NCBI RefSeq assembly: GCF_020745735.1
Contig: NC_083408.1
Coordinates: 10,788,484 to 10,852,483 of the forward strand
Reading direction: 5' to 3'
Origin: Hemiscyllium ocellatum
Taxonomy: Eukaryota
DNA: 64,000 nucleotides
Part shown: piece after piece, positions 49,880-63,651 of the stretch
Numbering within the stretch: position 1 is the stretch's first letter
Layout of the letters: the number at the start of each line of letters is the position of its first letter
Made by a program: the position numbers and the translations under genes
The notes under the pieces: generated by a model
The model's input: the letters and a program-made list of their open reading frames with translations, nothing else
What the model was told of the DNA's origin: nothing
Database searches by the model: none

Positions 49880-51945
49880 AGTGATTGGAGGCGGCTAAAT
49901 CCCCAGGTCCTGAAAACTTATATCCAATATAACTTCACGAACTGGCTGTGAAAGAGTGGATGCATAAATGGGCAATCATGCTTCCCAAATCTGATGAAAT
50001 CCTATAAATATGTAACAGATGACAAATGACATTTTGAGACTTGTTAATGAGGAAAATGAAGCATAAGTAAGATCTAGGCGACTGAGAACAAACTACGTTT
50101 GGAAGAATATCGGGAAAGTGAGATGAATTAAGACGGCTAAAGGAGAGTCATGAAAAATCTTTATCAAACAAGGTTAAAGAAAATCAAAACCATTTTATTT
50201 GTACAAAGGATCAAGATGGTAACTTGAGCAATGTTTGATTCACTCATGGAAAACAGGAGTGAAATTGTGTGTGGAGTCATAGAGATGCTTGAGAAGTTAA
50301 TGGCATCGATATTCACCAAAGAGACCGACATGATGGTTGTTGAGGTAATTGGAAGATTTTTGGTTGCTGGTGGTGATGTTAGCATAAATGGAGAGGAAAT
50401 GTTGGGTATTCTAAAAGGCATTAGGTGGACAATATCTCAAGTACAAATGGGATCTAGCGATGGTTAGTGAGGAAAGAGAGACGAAAATGCTGTGCATTTA
50501 ACAGATATCTTTACAGCATTTTTGAACACGAGTGGGGTGCCAGAGTACTGGTGAATTGCTAACATTGTCTGCTTGTTTCGGAAGGATAGCAGGAATAATC
50601 CGGGGTAATTAGAGACTGGTGAACCTGACGTCAGTCAGAGGGAAGCCTCAGGAAATGATACTGAAGCATCGGTTATATTTCCTTTTGCAAGAATATGGGT
50701 TTGTCATTCTTAGGTAACAAGATTTTGTGCAAGGAAGATCATGACTTACCAAACTATTTGAAATCATTTGGGGAACATTGATTGACGAGGGAAAGGCTGC
50801 AGATGTGGACACTTGGACTTCAGTAAGGCTTTTGGGAAGTTTTCAAATGCATGACTGATGGAGAATGTGAATTCGCTTGGGGTAAGAGGTGCATCAGCAA
50901 GATCAGTAGAGAACTGGCTTGGCAGCAGGAGACAGGAAGGATGAGTGGACAGGAATTTCTCAAAATTCAGAATATTGACAAGTGGAATTCCCCAGGGATG
51001 CGTGTTGGGACAATTGTTGCTTTTGATATACATAAATGATTTGGTGGAAGGTAGATGTGGTCTGAATAACAAGTTTGCAGGTAACACAAAGGTTGGTGGA
51101 ATAGCAGATAGTGAAGTGGATTGACAGATAATTCCGCCGAATATAAGACGTTTGCAGGGTTAAACAATAAAAGCAAAAGGATTTCAATGCAGACAAATAT
51201 GAGGTGACACATTTTGGAAGACCTAGATAAAGAGGGAACTATATCGTAAACTAAAATCCATTGTGCAAATTAGTGCACAGAGTGATCTGTGTGTTAATGT
51301 TCATTGTACCACAACGGTTACAAGAAGGAGAGGTCAAGAAAGCATTCAGCATTTTTTCATTCATCAGATGGTGCATGAGTACAAGAGTTGGCAGGTCGTT
51401 CTACAGTTATATAGCAGTTCAATTTGGCCACATTTAGCGTATTGCAGAAAGTTGTTGCCGCCCCATTACCAAAATGATGTGGGAGCTTCATTAGGATATT
51501 GCCGCGTATGGAGGGTGTGAACTATGAAGAGACGTTAACGAAGTTAGAATTATTTTCATTAGGAAAATGGACGTTGAAAGGGCAGCCAATTGATGTCGGC
51601 AACGTCGTGAGAGGGAGCGACGGACTGTACATCAAAAAGCATTTTCCCAGACTCGGGGAGGTCAGTTATAAGGGGTCACGAGTTCGAGCTGAAAGGTGAA
51701 AAGTATGCATGAAAAAATGCTTTATGCAGAGGGCGGTGGCTGCCTGGAGCGAGTTGCAAGCGGAGAAACTAGAGGAGGACACAACAACGTCACTTTAGAT
51801 ACATTTAGGGTGGTACATGACTGCGCAGGGAAAAGAGGTCTACAAGCCCTTTGCAAATCGGGCACAGATTTAGATAGTATACCAAAGTTGGAACATGCTT
51901 TGAGGTGATCAGGGCCTGCTCCTGTGCTGTAATTTCTTTGTTTTT
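49880..51945 (+). mobile_element. CR1 LINE, decayed
   Basis: LMASIFTKE, ANIVCLFRK, DFSKAF, SGIPQGCVLG, KFAGNTKVGG and WPHLAYC motifs in order, followed by a CR1 tail. Confidence 0.8.
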
Positions 51946-51959
51946 TGTTCTAGTCAAGT

Positions 51960-53280
51960 TCACCAGGGTGAGCCATTCCATGTGGTGTATTTGGATTTTA
52001 GGAAATCGTTTGTCAGTGTCCCTCGTAAGTGATTATTCTGCAAGATTAAAAGGCATGTGATTGGAGTAAGTGTATTGACATAGATAGAAAATAGGTTGAC
52101 TGAGAGGAAATAAACTGGAGGAATTAATGGGTTTGTTGAATGTGGGAACAAAATGTTTGCTGATGATACCACTGTGGTAAGATGGTGATTAGTAATGTGG
52201 ATGCAGAGGTCATTCAGTAGAATCTGGACAAGTAGTGCAATTGTGTAAATACATAGCAGATGCAGTATTAATTATACAATGTGAGTTAATGCACTTTGGA
52301 AGCAAAAACAAAAACAAAAATGCAGACTATGATCTCAACGGCTGTAGGTTTCAATTGGGGAATGTGCAGGGGGACTGGGATCCCGTGCAGAAATCGTTGA
52401 ATGTCAGCATGCAGGTGCAGCAGATGGTACAGAAGGTAAAAAGTATGTTGGCTTTTAGCTGGAGATTTCGAGTCCTGGAGCCGGCTTATTTTGTTGCAGT
52501 TGGTTATTGGCAAGATAACATCCAGAATATTGTTTGAAGGTGTTTTTCACCGTGTCTCTCGCTTTCGAAGGAATGTCTTGAAATTTAGCAAGATTGATTT
52601 TGGGGTATGTGAGATAGATGCATACCCAGAGATTGACGAGGTTAGTGGTTTTATTTGCTGGAGTTCAGTCGAATGTGGAATGTGGAGGAAATCTCGTGAA
52701 GTCTAGTGCATTTCCATAGGACTAGATATGGTAGATGCAGGATGATGTTCCCTGTTATGTGCGTGTGCAGAACCAAGTGTCATATGTTGATGATACAGAC
52801 AGAATCATTTCGGACGATGATGAGCAAATTTTTTGTCATCCAGAAAGATTTGAGTATGTGTCAAAAATTGAGTCAAGAAATAGTAGTTGCCAAAGCATTG
52901 AATACATTCAAGTGATGGCTGGACATTACAATTGGAACAGTGGACGGCAAGATTTAAGGGGGACAAAGGAGGAACAGGCCACTGAGGTGGTGAGCAGGAG
53001 AAAGTGAGGACTGCAGATGCTGGACATCAGAGCTGAAAATGTGTTGCTGGAAAAGCGCAGCAGGTCAGGCAGCATTCAAGGAACAGGAGAATCCACGTTT
53101 CAGGCTTATGCCTGATACGTCGATTTTCCTGTTCCTTGGATGCTGCCTGACCTGCTGCGCTTTTCCAGCAACATATTTTCAGCACTGAGGTGGTTAATCA
53201 GCTATGGTCGTGATGAATGGCGGAGCAGGCTCGAAGAGCCGAATCATCTCTATCTGCTCCGATCGTCTCGGTTTCTGTGT
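51960..53280 (+). mobile_element. CR1 LINE, decayed; 3' UTR interrupted by a fold-back element
   Basis: VVYLDFRKSF, MFADDT and CELMHFGSKN motifs. The tail resumes at 53184. Confidence 0.75.
52994..53183. mobile_element. Fold-back PLE-terminus element, family A, folded at the ribozyme stem II loop
   Basis: Arms 53032-53105 and 53110-53183 around a TTAT loop, with the tail on the left only. The TSD ACTGAGGTGGT is at 52981-52991 and 53184-53194 (13 bp with one mismatch). Confidence 0.9.
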
Positions 53281-53713
53281 AAAATAGAGGAGAGGGAAAG
53301 AGCAGAGATAGTGCCAATACATCCAGAAAACTCACCATTATTTGATTCCTGACAACCTGGCTGGCATCCTCCACTCTTCATTGTATAAAATTAGGAGTAT
53401 CAAGAGACGGAAACCGTGACTGTATTGAATTGAAAATCCTGCTATTGCCAAAGGTTAAGAATTCAAGATAAACATGTACAATATTCCGGAATGGGGTAGA
53501 CAGATAGAAGGTTCGACGCTGATCAGTAAAGCTGTTGTAACTAATAAAGATGTCAAGTAATTCTTTCCAAATCTCAAGCACGTCTCGAAATAGTGCACTT
53601 GCAATCCGAAACATTGCGTCAAGAGGTCGAGGATTACCATTACTCTTCGATATAAACTTTCTGAGGATTACTGTAGAATACATCTGCATTGATTCGCCAT
53701 ATAAATGGCTATG

Positions 53714-56558
53714 CAAAAGTGAGAATGGCAGATGCTGGAAACTAGAATTTACATCAGAGTGGTGCTGGAAAGGCACAACACGTCAGGCAGCACTCGAGGC
53801 GCAGGAGCATCAATGTTTCAGGCAAAAGACCTCCAGCAGGAACTGAGGCAGGAATCCTCCATGGTGGAGGGATAAGTGGGTTGTGAGGGACTGGGGAGAA
53901 GTTAGCAAAGTGTACAACACGTGATTAGGCGTGGGGATGGAGGTAATAGTTCAGAGAGGAGGATGGGGAAGTAGCAAAGAGAACAGTAGATGAATTTGGC
54001 GTGGGGAAGTGGTGATTGGTCAGAGGGAAGGGTGGGGCGATATGTGGGAAGGGAGATTGGCAGGTTGGACAGGTCACGAGGACAATGCCGAGCTGGAAGT
54101 TTAGAACTGATGTACGGTGGGGGAAGGGGAATTGAAAAAAATGGTGAGGCCACATTAATGCCCTGGCGTTGATGTGTTCCGAGGCATAAGACGAGGCGTT
54201 CTTTCTCCTGGCGTCGGGTGGTGAAGTAGCGGTGGTGGATGAGGCCCAGGACCTGCATGTCCTCAGCAGAGTGGGAAGGGAAGTTCAAATGTTGGGCCAC
54301 GGGGCGTTGGGGTAGTTTGGTGTGGGTGTCCCGGAGATTCCCTGAAGCGCTTTGCGAGGTGATGTCCAGTCTCCCCAATGTGAAGAAACAGACACAATAA
54401 ATGACATTGGTGGATGTGCAGTTGAAACTTTGATGGACGTGGAAGGCTCCTTTGGGACCTTGGATGGATTTGAGGGAGGAGGTGTAGGCGCAGGTTTTGC
54501 AATTCCTGCGGTAGCAGGGGAGGTTGCTAGGATAGGAGCGTGGGTTTTTGGGGGGCGTGAACATTGCCAGGTAGTCATGGAGGGAACGGTATTTGTGGAA
54601 AGCCTAAAGAGGTGGGCAGGAAATATATCTCTGGTCGTGGGGTATGTTTGGAGGTGGCAGATATATCGTTGCATGACGTGGTTAATGCAATGTTTGGCAG
54701 GATGGAAATTGAGGACTGCGGAGGTCTGTACTTGTTACGGTTGGAAGGGTGGGGTTTGAGGACAGATTTGCGGGATGTGGATGAGATGCATTGGAGGGCA
54801 TCTTCAACAACGTGGAAAGGGAAATTGCGATCCCGAAAGATGGAGGCCACCTGCTGTGTTCTGTGGTGGAACGGGTCCCTCTACACCTCCACCTGCCTCG
54901 ACCAGTGCCTTCAAGCACTCCGTTGCTTCCTCTCCAGACGTCCCCAACAGTACCCTTCCACTGACACTCTCATTCGTTTGGCTGAACTGGTCCTCACCCT
55001 TAACATTTCCTCATTCTAATCCTCTCACTTCGTTCAGAACAAAGGGGTAGCCATGGGTTACCAATATGTGCCCCAGATATGTCAGTGTCTTTGTCGGTTA
55101 CGTCGGACAGTCCATCTTTCATAGTTACACCAGCACCAATCCCCACCTCTTCCACCGCTAAACTGATGACTGCAACGACGTCACCTCACGCTCCTGCGAG
55201 GAGTTTGAACAGTTCATCAACTTTGCCAATGCATTTAATCCAGACCTTCAATTCACCTGGACCATCTCTGACACCTCCATCTCCTTCCTGGACCTCACCA
55301 TCTCTATTAATGACGACTGAATTGAATCCGACATTTGTTTACAAATATACTGACTACAAAAGCTACCTGGATAACATCTCTTCCCACCGTACCTTCTGCA
55401 GGAATACCATCCCATATTCCAATTTCCTCCGCTGCCGCTCTATCTGCTTCCAGGAGGACCAGTTCCACCACAGGACATAGCAGCTGGCCTCCTTCTTTAG
55501 AGATCACAAATTCCCTTCCCACGTGGATGAAGATTCCCTCCAACGCATCTCATCCACATCTCGCACGTCTGCCGTCAAACCCCACCCCTCTAACCCCACA
55601 GTAACAAGGACAGAACCCACCTGGTCCTCACTTTCCACCCGAACAAACGTTGCATTAACGCAACATACGCCGACATTTCCCGCACTTCCAAACGGACCCC
55701 ACCATCGGAGGGATATTTTCCTCCCCTCCCCTTTCTGCTTTCCGTAAAAAAACCTTTCCCTCTGTTACTACATGGTCAGGTCCACTCCACCAAAACAACG
55801 CACCTCCTGTCCTGGCACCCTCCCCTGCCACCGCAGGAATAGCAAAACCAGCGCCCACAGTTCATCCCTCACCTCCAACCAAGGCCCTAAAAGAACCTTC
55901 CACATTTATCAAAGTTTTAGCAGCACATTCACCAATGTCAAATATTGTATCCGTTGCCCTCTCCATTGGGGAGATAGGACACCTCCTCGCAGGGCGCTTA
56001 CAAGATCATCTTCAGGACATCCTCACCAAACAACCCCACTGCCCCGTAGCACAACATGGCATCTTCCCCTCCCACTCTGCGAGGATGTGCCGGTCTTGGG
56101 ACTCCTCTACCCCTACCTGCTCACTACCCGACGCTTGGATGAAGAACGCCTCACTTTCAGCCTTGGAACACTTCAACCCCAGTGCATCAGTGTGCATTTC
56201 ATCAGTTTCTTCATTTCGCCTCCCCCCAACTTACTTCAGTTCCAACGTTCTGGCTTAGCACTGTCCACCTGAACTGTCCTACCTGCCAATCTCCCTTCCC
56301 ACCTACTGCTCCACCCTTACCTCAGACCTATCACCTCTATGCCCACTCCAATGAACGATTGTGCTCTTTGCTACGTTATTGCCAGCTCCTTCCCGTTTAT
56401 CTCTCCACCCTGCTGGCGTCTGCCACTATGCCTGATGAAGGTCTTTTGCCCAAAACCTCGATTACCCTGCTCCTCGGATGATGCCTGACTTGGTGTGCTT
56501 TTCCAGCACCACTCTGATGAAAACTCTGGTTTCAGGCACCTGCAATCCTCACCTTTGC
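53714..56558. mobile_element. Head-to-head pair of 5'-truncated Neptune-type PLE copies (minus 53714-~54872, plus ~54875-56558) inserted in a minus-strand CR1
   Basis: ORF 53902-54564(-) has CYRRNCKTC...FNCTSTNVIYC (Zn linker plus GIY-YIG). The plus copy has RT motifs LIRLAELVLT.N, GVAMG and SFLDL and the same GIY-YIG. Both outer ends are the hammerhead-bearing terminus. Confidence 0.88.
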
Positions 56559-57124
56559 CAACATTCATCTCGTCTCCAATCTGACAAATGCGCATTGAAT
56601 ATCCATTTACTGTCATTTTGTCAATGTCTAATTCATGTAGCCAAGCACTGCTCAATCTCAGTTATTTCGAAGTTGCTGCCAACTGATCACTTACATTCTG
56701 AATGTCGAAGTACACAATGCCCTCAAAACAACTCAAATCCCGTGCCTGCATCTCGTCCTTAAAGAACTCGATTAACTTTGTCAATTATGACATGCCTTTG
56801 AAAAAGCCATGTTGACTGTCTAATATGAATTTGCTTTTCCCTCAGTGTATGTTTACGTTTTTCTGTGTTGTGGGCCCATCAGTTTCCCCCCCTTGCTGTC
56901 AAGCTGACAGGTTTTTAATTTTCGAGATTATCCTTTCTCACATTCGTATTGTAGTTTCCCATTTGACATCCTTTAGTTACCAGACGAATCCTATCTTCTG
57001 AGAGGTGTGGATTTTTTTGGTCAATGGCTTCATAATTTCCGCTTTAACTAACTCTGCAATCTAGCATCCCGTGCAGTTCAGGTGACTGGAATGTGCTCTG
57101 GATGAAGACAGACCCCTAAAAATA

Positions 57125-58620
57125 TTTGATGAAGATAGACCAGACCATAACTTTGATAATTGTTGTAAGCAGGTGTAAAGTGGATATTCCAGAAGACAAC
57201 CAGCTGATCAGACCACTTAGTTTTAAACAAAACAGATTTTTTACAACATTACTGAATGAAACAAACAAAACAGAAAAAAAGAGAATACGGAATAACTTGC
57301 CCTATCCCCAAACCTAACAGACTATTCCCAACTTAATGATGCTGCTCCTGATACTTACAACAATCCCAAAATCACCCTTGGCACAAGAGGCAATCTCAAA
57401 CAAGTTCTTAAAGGATCGATGTCAGAGGGAGAGTACCAGCCTGAGCCTGCTTCCGGATCAATGTGCCATTTCAAACTACAGCTAAAATAAACAAAAACAA
57501 GCCCGGACACTGAGAGTCGAGAACTGGCCACTCCCCTTCCATTGGGCAAGTGTGTATTTTTTAAAACTTGAAAACCTTCTTCATGACGTAGTATCTGTCA
57601 GTTATAATCAAATTTGGCCTAACACCCTTCACCCACTTGACTTTCAGGGTTGGTGTCATTTACGACTTATCTGTAAAAAAGCCAAGGACTACATAACCTT
57701 GCTGAAGATGAACTTCATCAAACACCGCTCCCCCAATAAAAATCGAACCATCAACATCCAAAGATGGCTTCGTTTTAAATACCCTTAAGAATCGTTAGTA
57801 CTCTAAAAAATGCATAGAAATTACACTGACTGTGAACTGCAAACATACACAACTACAAATTTAATGGAAGTACCTACATGCTCAGTCTAAGCCATCTGAA
57901 ATTTTGTCTTTAAATTTCTCCATAAATTTCAATCGTTTACGATCTCTGTACATGACCTTCTTTGAAAAGTTACTAGTAACATAAACGCTGAGATGTTATA
58001 ATGCCAACACCAAGCTGAAAGTCTCTTTCTCAACCGTCTAATATTTCTGGTGACGAATGTTCAATTTCCTGAAGAAATCACAATAGATCTTTCTATCTTC
58101 TCGTTTTCTTCTTGAAATTGCACAGCACTCACAACCACATCACTTGTATCAGTAGCCGACTAGAATGACGTTACGTACTTATGCCATGGTAAATACTGGA
58201 GCAGTGGTTAATGCAGATGTCAGGGTGTCAAATGCCTTCTGCTAGTCCACATAACATTTTTGCTGCTTTTTAGCAATTCACTGAGTGGAGCATCCACACT
58301 GCTAAACTTTGATAAATATTTTAGATAAAATCGACTCAATCCCAGGAATTTTCGGCATGATCTGTTTTTGTTGTTGGTGTAGGCAAATTCCCAATTAACT
58401 TTATTTTTTGCAGCATATGGGGCCATTTGTCCGTGTCCAATAGCATGGCCAAAGAAGTTGACTTGGGCGAAGGATAATTCACTTTTCGCCAGGTATATCA
58501 CCAAGCCCGTCTTCTGAAATTGATCAAACAAGTCTGATAGATGTTGCAATTTTTTTCCATGTGTGACTAGAAATCACCAGGTAAACTATATAAACAACAC
58601 GGTTGGCTAGTCCAGCAATG
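57125..58620 (-). mobile_element. Ty3/Gypsy (Gmr1-like) 3' part: RT/RNase H remnant, PPT and 3' LTR (57125-57722)
   Basis: ORF 58220-58549(-) GLVIYLAKSE...VNFFGH...RKFLGLSRFY...APLSELLK. The LTR is bounded by the inverted TTTGATGAAG/CTTCATCAAA, with an adjacent purine tract GGGGGAGCGG on the minus strand. No integrase lies between RNase H and the LTR. Confidence 0.75.
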
Positions 58621-60701
58621 ACGCATTCTCGCATTACTTTACAGCATCCCCAAACCTTGTGCCCCCAATGTAATACTGCTCCAACTCATATGTTGCACTC
58701 CCACCCATGAAAATATTGTTCCCTCAGATATTGCATTTCTTCAGTTAAATATTGTGCCTATAGTTTTTCGGCTATTACAACTTTTCGAGCTCCCAGCTTA
58801 TGTACCCTCAAATATTTCCCTCCTACAATTTGTGCGCCCTCTTTAAATGTTATTCACTCCGAATTTTACCTCACAAGCATGTTGCCCGTCATAAAATGCT
58901 GCAAACTCTAACTTTCTAATTCCACCCCGTGCAGCAACCACCTCCCAACTCCGATTTCATTCCTGACACCTTCCCACCACTGATTATAAATCAGCTTAGG
59001 TGTACAATACCTCCCAGCCCCTCGCCCCCTACCTGAGTTGCTGCGCTCATTCTGGGGGCTGGACGTCACAGAGAGTATGACCCGAGACTCAAAGGTCTTT
59101 TTACTGACCGCCTTGCTGCATCGCAAGTACCCATTCCTCAGGAAGACAAACTGCCCCCAAAAGAGAAATGTATTTTGTCTAACACACCCCTTCACTTTCA
59201 CGTTGGAACATGTGAGGGTGGGAATAACACACAGGGCTTGGGGAGCAGTAAGATGCCTCTGTATTATCGATGGAAAGAGGAAGTGAGGGAGTGAGATGGA
59301 TAGTGAGACTGAGTGGAAGAAAGAAAGAAACCGGGTCAGAGATAATATGAAACCTAGAATGAGGAGAGGACGGGCAGATAGATACATAGAAAAAAATATA
59401 TTGAAAGAGAGAGAGTGAAACAGTTCGGCAGAGTGAAAGAGGAACAAGAGAGACTGAACAATCCTTGCACAAAGACCGAATGAGAAACTGCAGGCAGTTG
59501 GTTTTGGGGATGTGGTATAAGGTGAGAGAGAGCAATTAAGGAAACAAAAATACTCCAGGAAGAAACTGAAGGATAGACAGAGGGGAGAAAAGAGAGGTCG
59601 CATTAAAAACGAGAAAACTACAGAGAGAGAGGAGAGGGAAAGTAAACTTAGGGAGACAGCGATCAATGACAGTTAGAGAGCAATGGAGATACAGGAGGAC
59701 AGACTGGAATCGAGGAAGTTCAATTGAGATAACATGGATTGCTAATGATGGCCGGGGCATTATGGATAGACTGACACTCAGGCAGGAAGGCCACGTTCAC
59801 TTAGAACAGTGAGACAGAAACGTGTGCAGAGAGCTGAACTCTGAAGCTTAGAGACGTGCAAGACTGAACGATGCAACAGTTCCTGAAAAAAACGGCGAGA
59901 ATGTGAAGATTCTGGGGGATATGAAGATTTGTAGAATGAATGGACAGGCAGCTGGGAATATGGAGGCAGGGAGAGAGGGAGGCAGTGAAATGTGTGATTG
60001 GACTGTGCAAGAGAACGTGTTTTCCTCTATTGTCTCACCCACCTGCAGACCAGAGCTCATCTCCTTGTGGCACAGTTACTAGAGACAGCTTGAGCCCCAG
60101 GAATGTCGTCACAGGTGAGCTTATGGGTGTGTCTATGAATACAGATTTTTTTATCATAATTCTCTAGGTCCCTCATCTATTGTATGTGGATCCCACATGG
60201 CAGAGTAATTTGATTCTGTATTCTCTGTGTCACAGGAGTTCCAGTTCTCAAATGAAATTCCCTCGGGCTACGAGGAGTTTCTACTCCTTTGTAATGTGAA
60301 GGCCTTTTTTTACCTTCCCAGTTGCAGAACTAGTGCTGACGGCCTCACCATTCTCTCATCACCCTGAAGAGAAAGGAACGATTGTCATTGGGAAGACATT
60401 TTTTCGTTCCACTTCAAGCATCACAGACTGAAGAAGAGAGCATACATGGAATGTTGGGATCACACCCACTTTGCAAATCCTGACTATGCCCACCATGTTT
60501 CCCATTAAAATGAAACGGACTTCCACCCGGTCAGTTGACATTTCCTGCAATTCAGATTTCAAGCCCACAGAGGCCTCGCCAGAGACCAAACTGACAGACT
60601 TTGCAATGTGTCAGTGGTAGAGTTAGCAAACGTCTCACAGAAAATTAATATGTGGAGCATTTTTTTCAGTTCACTCTGAAACTCTTTTATCCATCTCCTG
60701 C

Positions 60702-61617
60702 TGTTACAACAAGGTGAAAACCCCTCTGCTAATTTCAACCAGAAAAACGAAAAGAAAATCAGCCCGTGCTGTCATCTGTTAAAATTCGAGAGCAAAAGAT
60801 TACCAGAGTGGTGACTAATTACAGTCAAGATTAACAACTTTCTTACTTATGTCCGAAAGGACAAATTTAAACCAAAAATTATTTACAATTCTTTCCTTTT
60901 AACCTGATATTTTCCTTCCACTCTACAATACAAGTCCAATAACAATACCTTGACTAAGATCTACAAAAAAAAACACCTATGAAAACCAGTCGGCTGTCGA
61001 GTATTTTCTTTGAATTTTCCTGTGCCGATCTTTCTGTGTCTTGTTTGCGATATTCTACTGTGCAAAATTTTATACACAAGTACCCTTCAGAGAGCTGTTG
61101 TGCTGGCAATTGTGACTCTTGGTAGCTTGGCAATTCAAAAGTATCTGGTATTACAGCCCAAAACATCGGATCAATTTAACTTTATCAAAATACGAAATTC
61201 AAACATGATTGGAGTTTGTGATCTTGGGGCATACTTTAAACTGATGGCTGAATTTATTATTTATTTTTTTTCTCATCGCAAACCAGCTGCTGATAGCTGT
61301 TTTGAATAAAAAAAGTTACATTATTACCTTGTTCAGAACTCTATGTGCTGTTCCCTGAAAACTTTTTGTATTTTTCTTAATGGTGCAGTAGCTCTCCAAC
61401 TTCATAATATCTCCCTCTTAAGAAAAAATGAACTGTCATGCATTCATGTTTTTCTCTATTCCGAAATCACTTTATGATGCCGTATGCATGATTTCTATCT
61501 AAGTTCACGTGAACTTCTTCCAACATAAATATAACATTGAATCGATACCTAGTTCATTTGTACTTGAAAAGATAAATTTGCAAGAATGAACCTTTGATTA
61601 CATATAGCCGAACATAT
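60702..61617 (-). mobile_element. Probable Gypsy 3' LTR (60702-61408) with adjacent internal remnant
   Basis: TGTTACA...CTTCATAATA termini, and a minus-strand purine tract AAGAGGGAGA next to the LTR. Confidence 0.5.
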
Positions 61618-62236
61618 TGTTAGAAATGGGGTAAAGTATTGTTTTTACAGATATAGAAAAAGCATACAGAAAAGGGGTACAACAAGAGAACTATTAACAC
61701 TGCGGGTATTTAGGGAAGAGTATCTCTACTTTTCAGTGCATAGTTATGGATAATTATGTACTAACTTTAACGTAGATTCATTAAAGAAAATAATTCCTTT
61801 TACCATAATGTTTGAAATACCAGTTTCAGCAAAATGCTAAGATAAGCGAAGCACGAAAAAGATACATTGTTAAGATGTATATACAAGAGTGGAATGTACC
61901 TATCGACAATGAAAGAAATTACAAAGCGAACATTGAGATAAGAGTGTAGCCTTACGACAGCACGTGCAAGGGGGAAAATTGCCAACTTGGAAAGCAGGGG
62001 GGAATGGGCGTGGAGCATGGATGGGCTGAGGTGAAATCGTAAAAAAGATTGGTAAAGTAGCGATCAGAAGAGGTGACCTCACGTAGCTCAAAAGCATAAC
62101 TGTGTAATAGTTTGAATAATCATCACTTCAATTGCTTTCAGAAATTGGGGTCCGTTTATTGCAAGATTGTAGAATAAATTGTCTTGTTTCCAGCTTTGGT
62201 GGTCTCGTCTAAATTTTATCTATTTGTTTTCTAACA
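61618..62236 (+). repeat. 5' LTR of a gamma-like ERV
   Basis: Perfect 9-bp inverted termini TGTTAGAAA...TTTCTAACA, AATAAA at 62173, and a PBS following. Confidence 0.85.
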
Positions 62237-62241
62237 GATTT

Positions 62242-62259
62242 TGGGGGTCGTTGCAGGAT
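62242..62259 (+). promoter_or_regulatory. Primer-binding site, tRNA-Pro-like, decayed
   Basis: TGGGGGTCGTTGCAGGAT versus the canonical Pro PBS TGGGGGCTCGTCCGGGAT, 5 nt after the LTR end. Confidence 0.65.
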
Positions 62260-62489
62260 TCCCAGTTCCGGCCGCTCGGCATTCTTTGAGAAACAGATAA
62301 GGTGCACCTCGTCGATTTCGGCGATCTCGAGTTTCCCATTGTTGCCGAGGTGGCGTTGGGCGAGTGTGATCCGGACTCGGAGACCTTGGACGCAGGACGA
62401 GCAGACACGACGGGTTCAGTCCGGTGACTCTGGTGTGCACAAGACCCGAGTAAGCAAGGTCTTAAAAGATTTATCTGGGTCACCAGGGT

Positions 62490-62945
62490 AGGCTGCGCTA
62501 CTTGCTGTCATTCGGATATATCCGGGGAATACGGGTGCTGGTGACTGGAATAGGCTACTCCAGTCAGCCAGGATGGGTAGCTATTGATACTGTTGCCAGC
62601 TGGATACATTTGGGAGACCAGCAGTGGTATTTACTGCCAAGTAGATGCGTCCACGTATCTGGGCGAACGGGGTAGGTAGTGGTAATTGCTGTCAGTTGGA
62701 TATATCTGGGTAACCGGCGTCCGGGGCTGGTAGCGGTAGGTGCTGCAAGGTGGATACATCCGGGAGACTGGCAGCGGTATTTGCTGCCAGGTGGATGTGT
62801 CCACGTATCCGGTGTCAGTTAAAATATCCGGGGATCTGGGGAAGCGTGGTTCTGACGACCGGGTTATGCAAACCCGATCAACCAGGGTAGGTAGCATTAT
62901 CACGGTTGCCAGGTGGATATATCCGGGGTATTGCTGCGGGATAAG
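62490..62945 (+). repeat. Diverged tandem repeats in the ERV leader
   Basis: Recurring TGCCAGGTGGATA(T/C)ATCCGGG-like core at ~62515, 62600, 62698, 62752, 62822 and 62914. Confidence 0.7.
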
Positions 62946-63276
62946 CGCGCGCGAATTCGAACAGGCAACTCTTGTGCACAGACCAAGGGAAGAAAAGGGA
63001 CCTTTTAGTGTTGCCTTGGTGGTCCGTGACATATGAGAAATATGGGACATACGAGAACTATGGGTAATTGGCCACTCTTAAATTAAAGTGTTTAATTGGC
63101 TAAGAGTAATCTGATGAATAAGGTGTCTTCCTGATTCGATCACCCAGCCTTCGACCGGTTGTTAAGAGGGAAATCCCCCACGTGAATGTCAGGTCCCTGA
63201 AGTGGGTGTGGAAGCAGGTGACGTCAGACCTCAGTTCGGTTAACTAAATTACATAAAGAAACGGCCGATCATAGAA

Positions 63277-63432
63277 ATGGGGAATAAAAATAGTGCTTTA
63301 AGTTTAGAAGGGGACATGAGAGGGACGTCCGAGGACCATATACAAACGGACAGTACTTTACGAAAAATGTTAAGAAATTGGAAGTACAATCCTCAGATGC
63401 GGGGAAAGGATAAAAAAAAATGATAAAATGTC
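63277..63432 (+). pseudogene. gag: ERV gag matrix N-terminus, truncated
   Basis: MGNKNS...IQTDSTLRKMLRNWKYNPQMRGKDKKKMIK has a myristoylation-type MG start and the PxDSPLGxMLxxW-type class I matrix motif. The rest of gag is not seen. Confidence 0.7.
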
Positions 63433-63616
63433 AATGAAAAACAGCCTTACAGTCAGGGCGAATCAGATCATGCATCATGTCAGAAGACGAATGGCTGGAG
63501 GGCTGCTGGGGGGAACACTTCGTGACTAACTTGTGGCCAGACGCCCAGAGAAATACTCAAAAGCTAGAGGAGTCGTTGTGAGAAACTGAGAGTGTCTGTG
63601 AGACATGGTCACTCTC

Positions 63617-63651
<35 letters not shown>

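Noticed and set aside
58908-59666. 252-aa hydrophobic ORF as a membrane protein
   Set aside because: It is the antisense of a purine-rich low-complexity tract. The Leu/Ser/Phe bias is compositional and no motifs are present.
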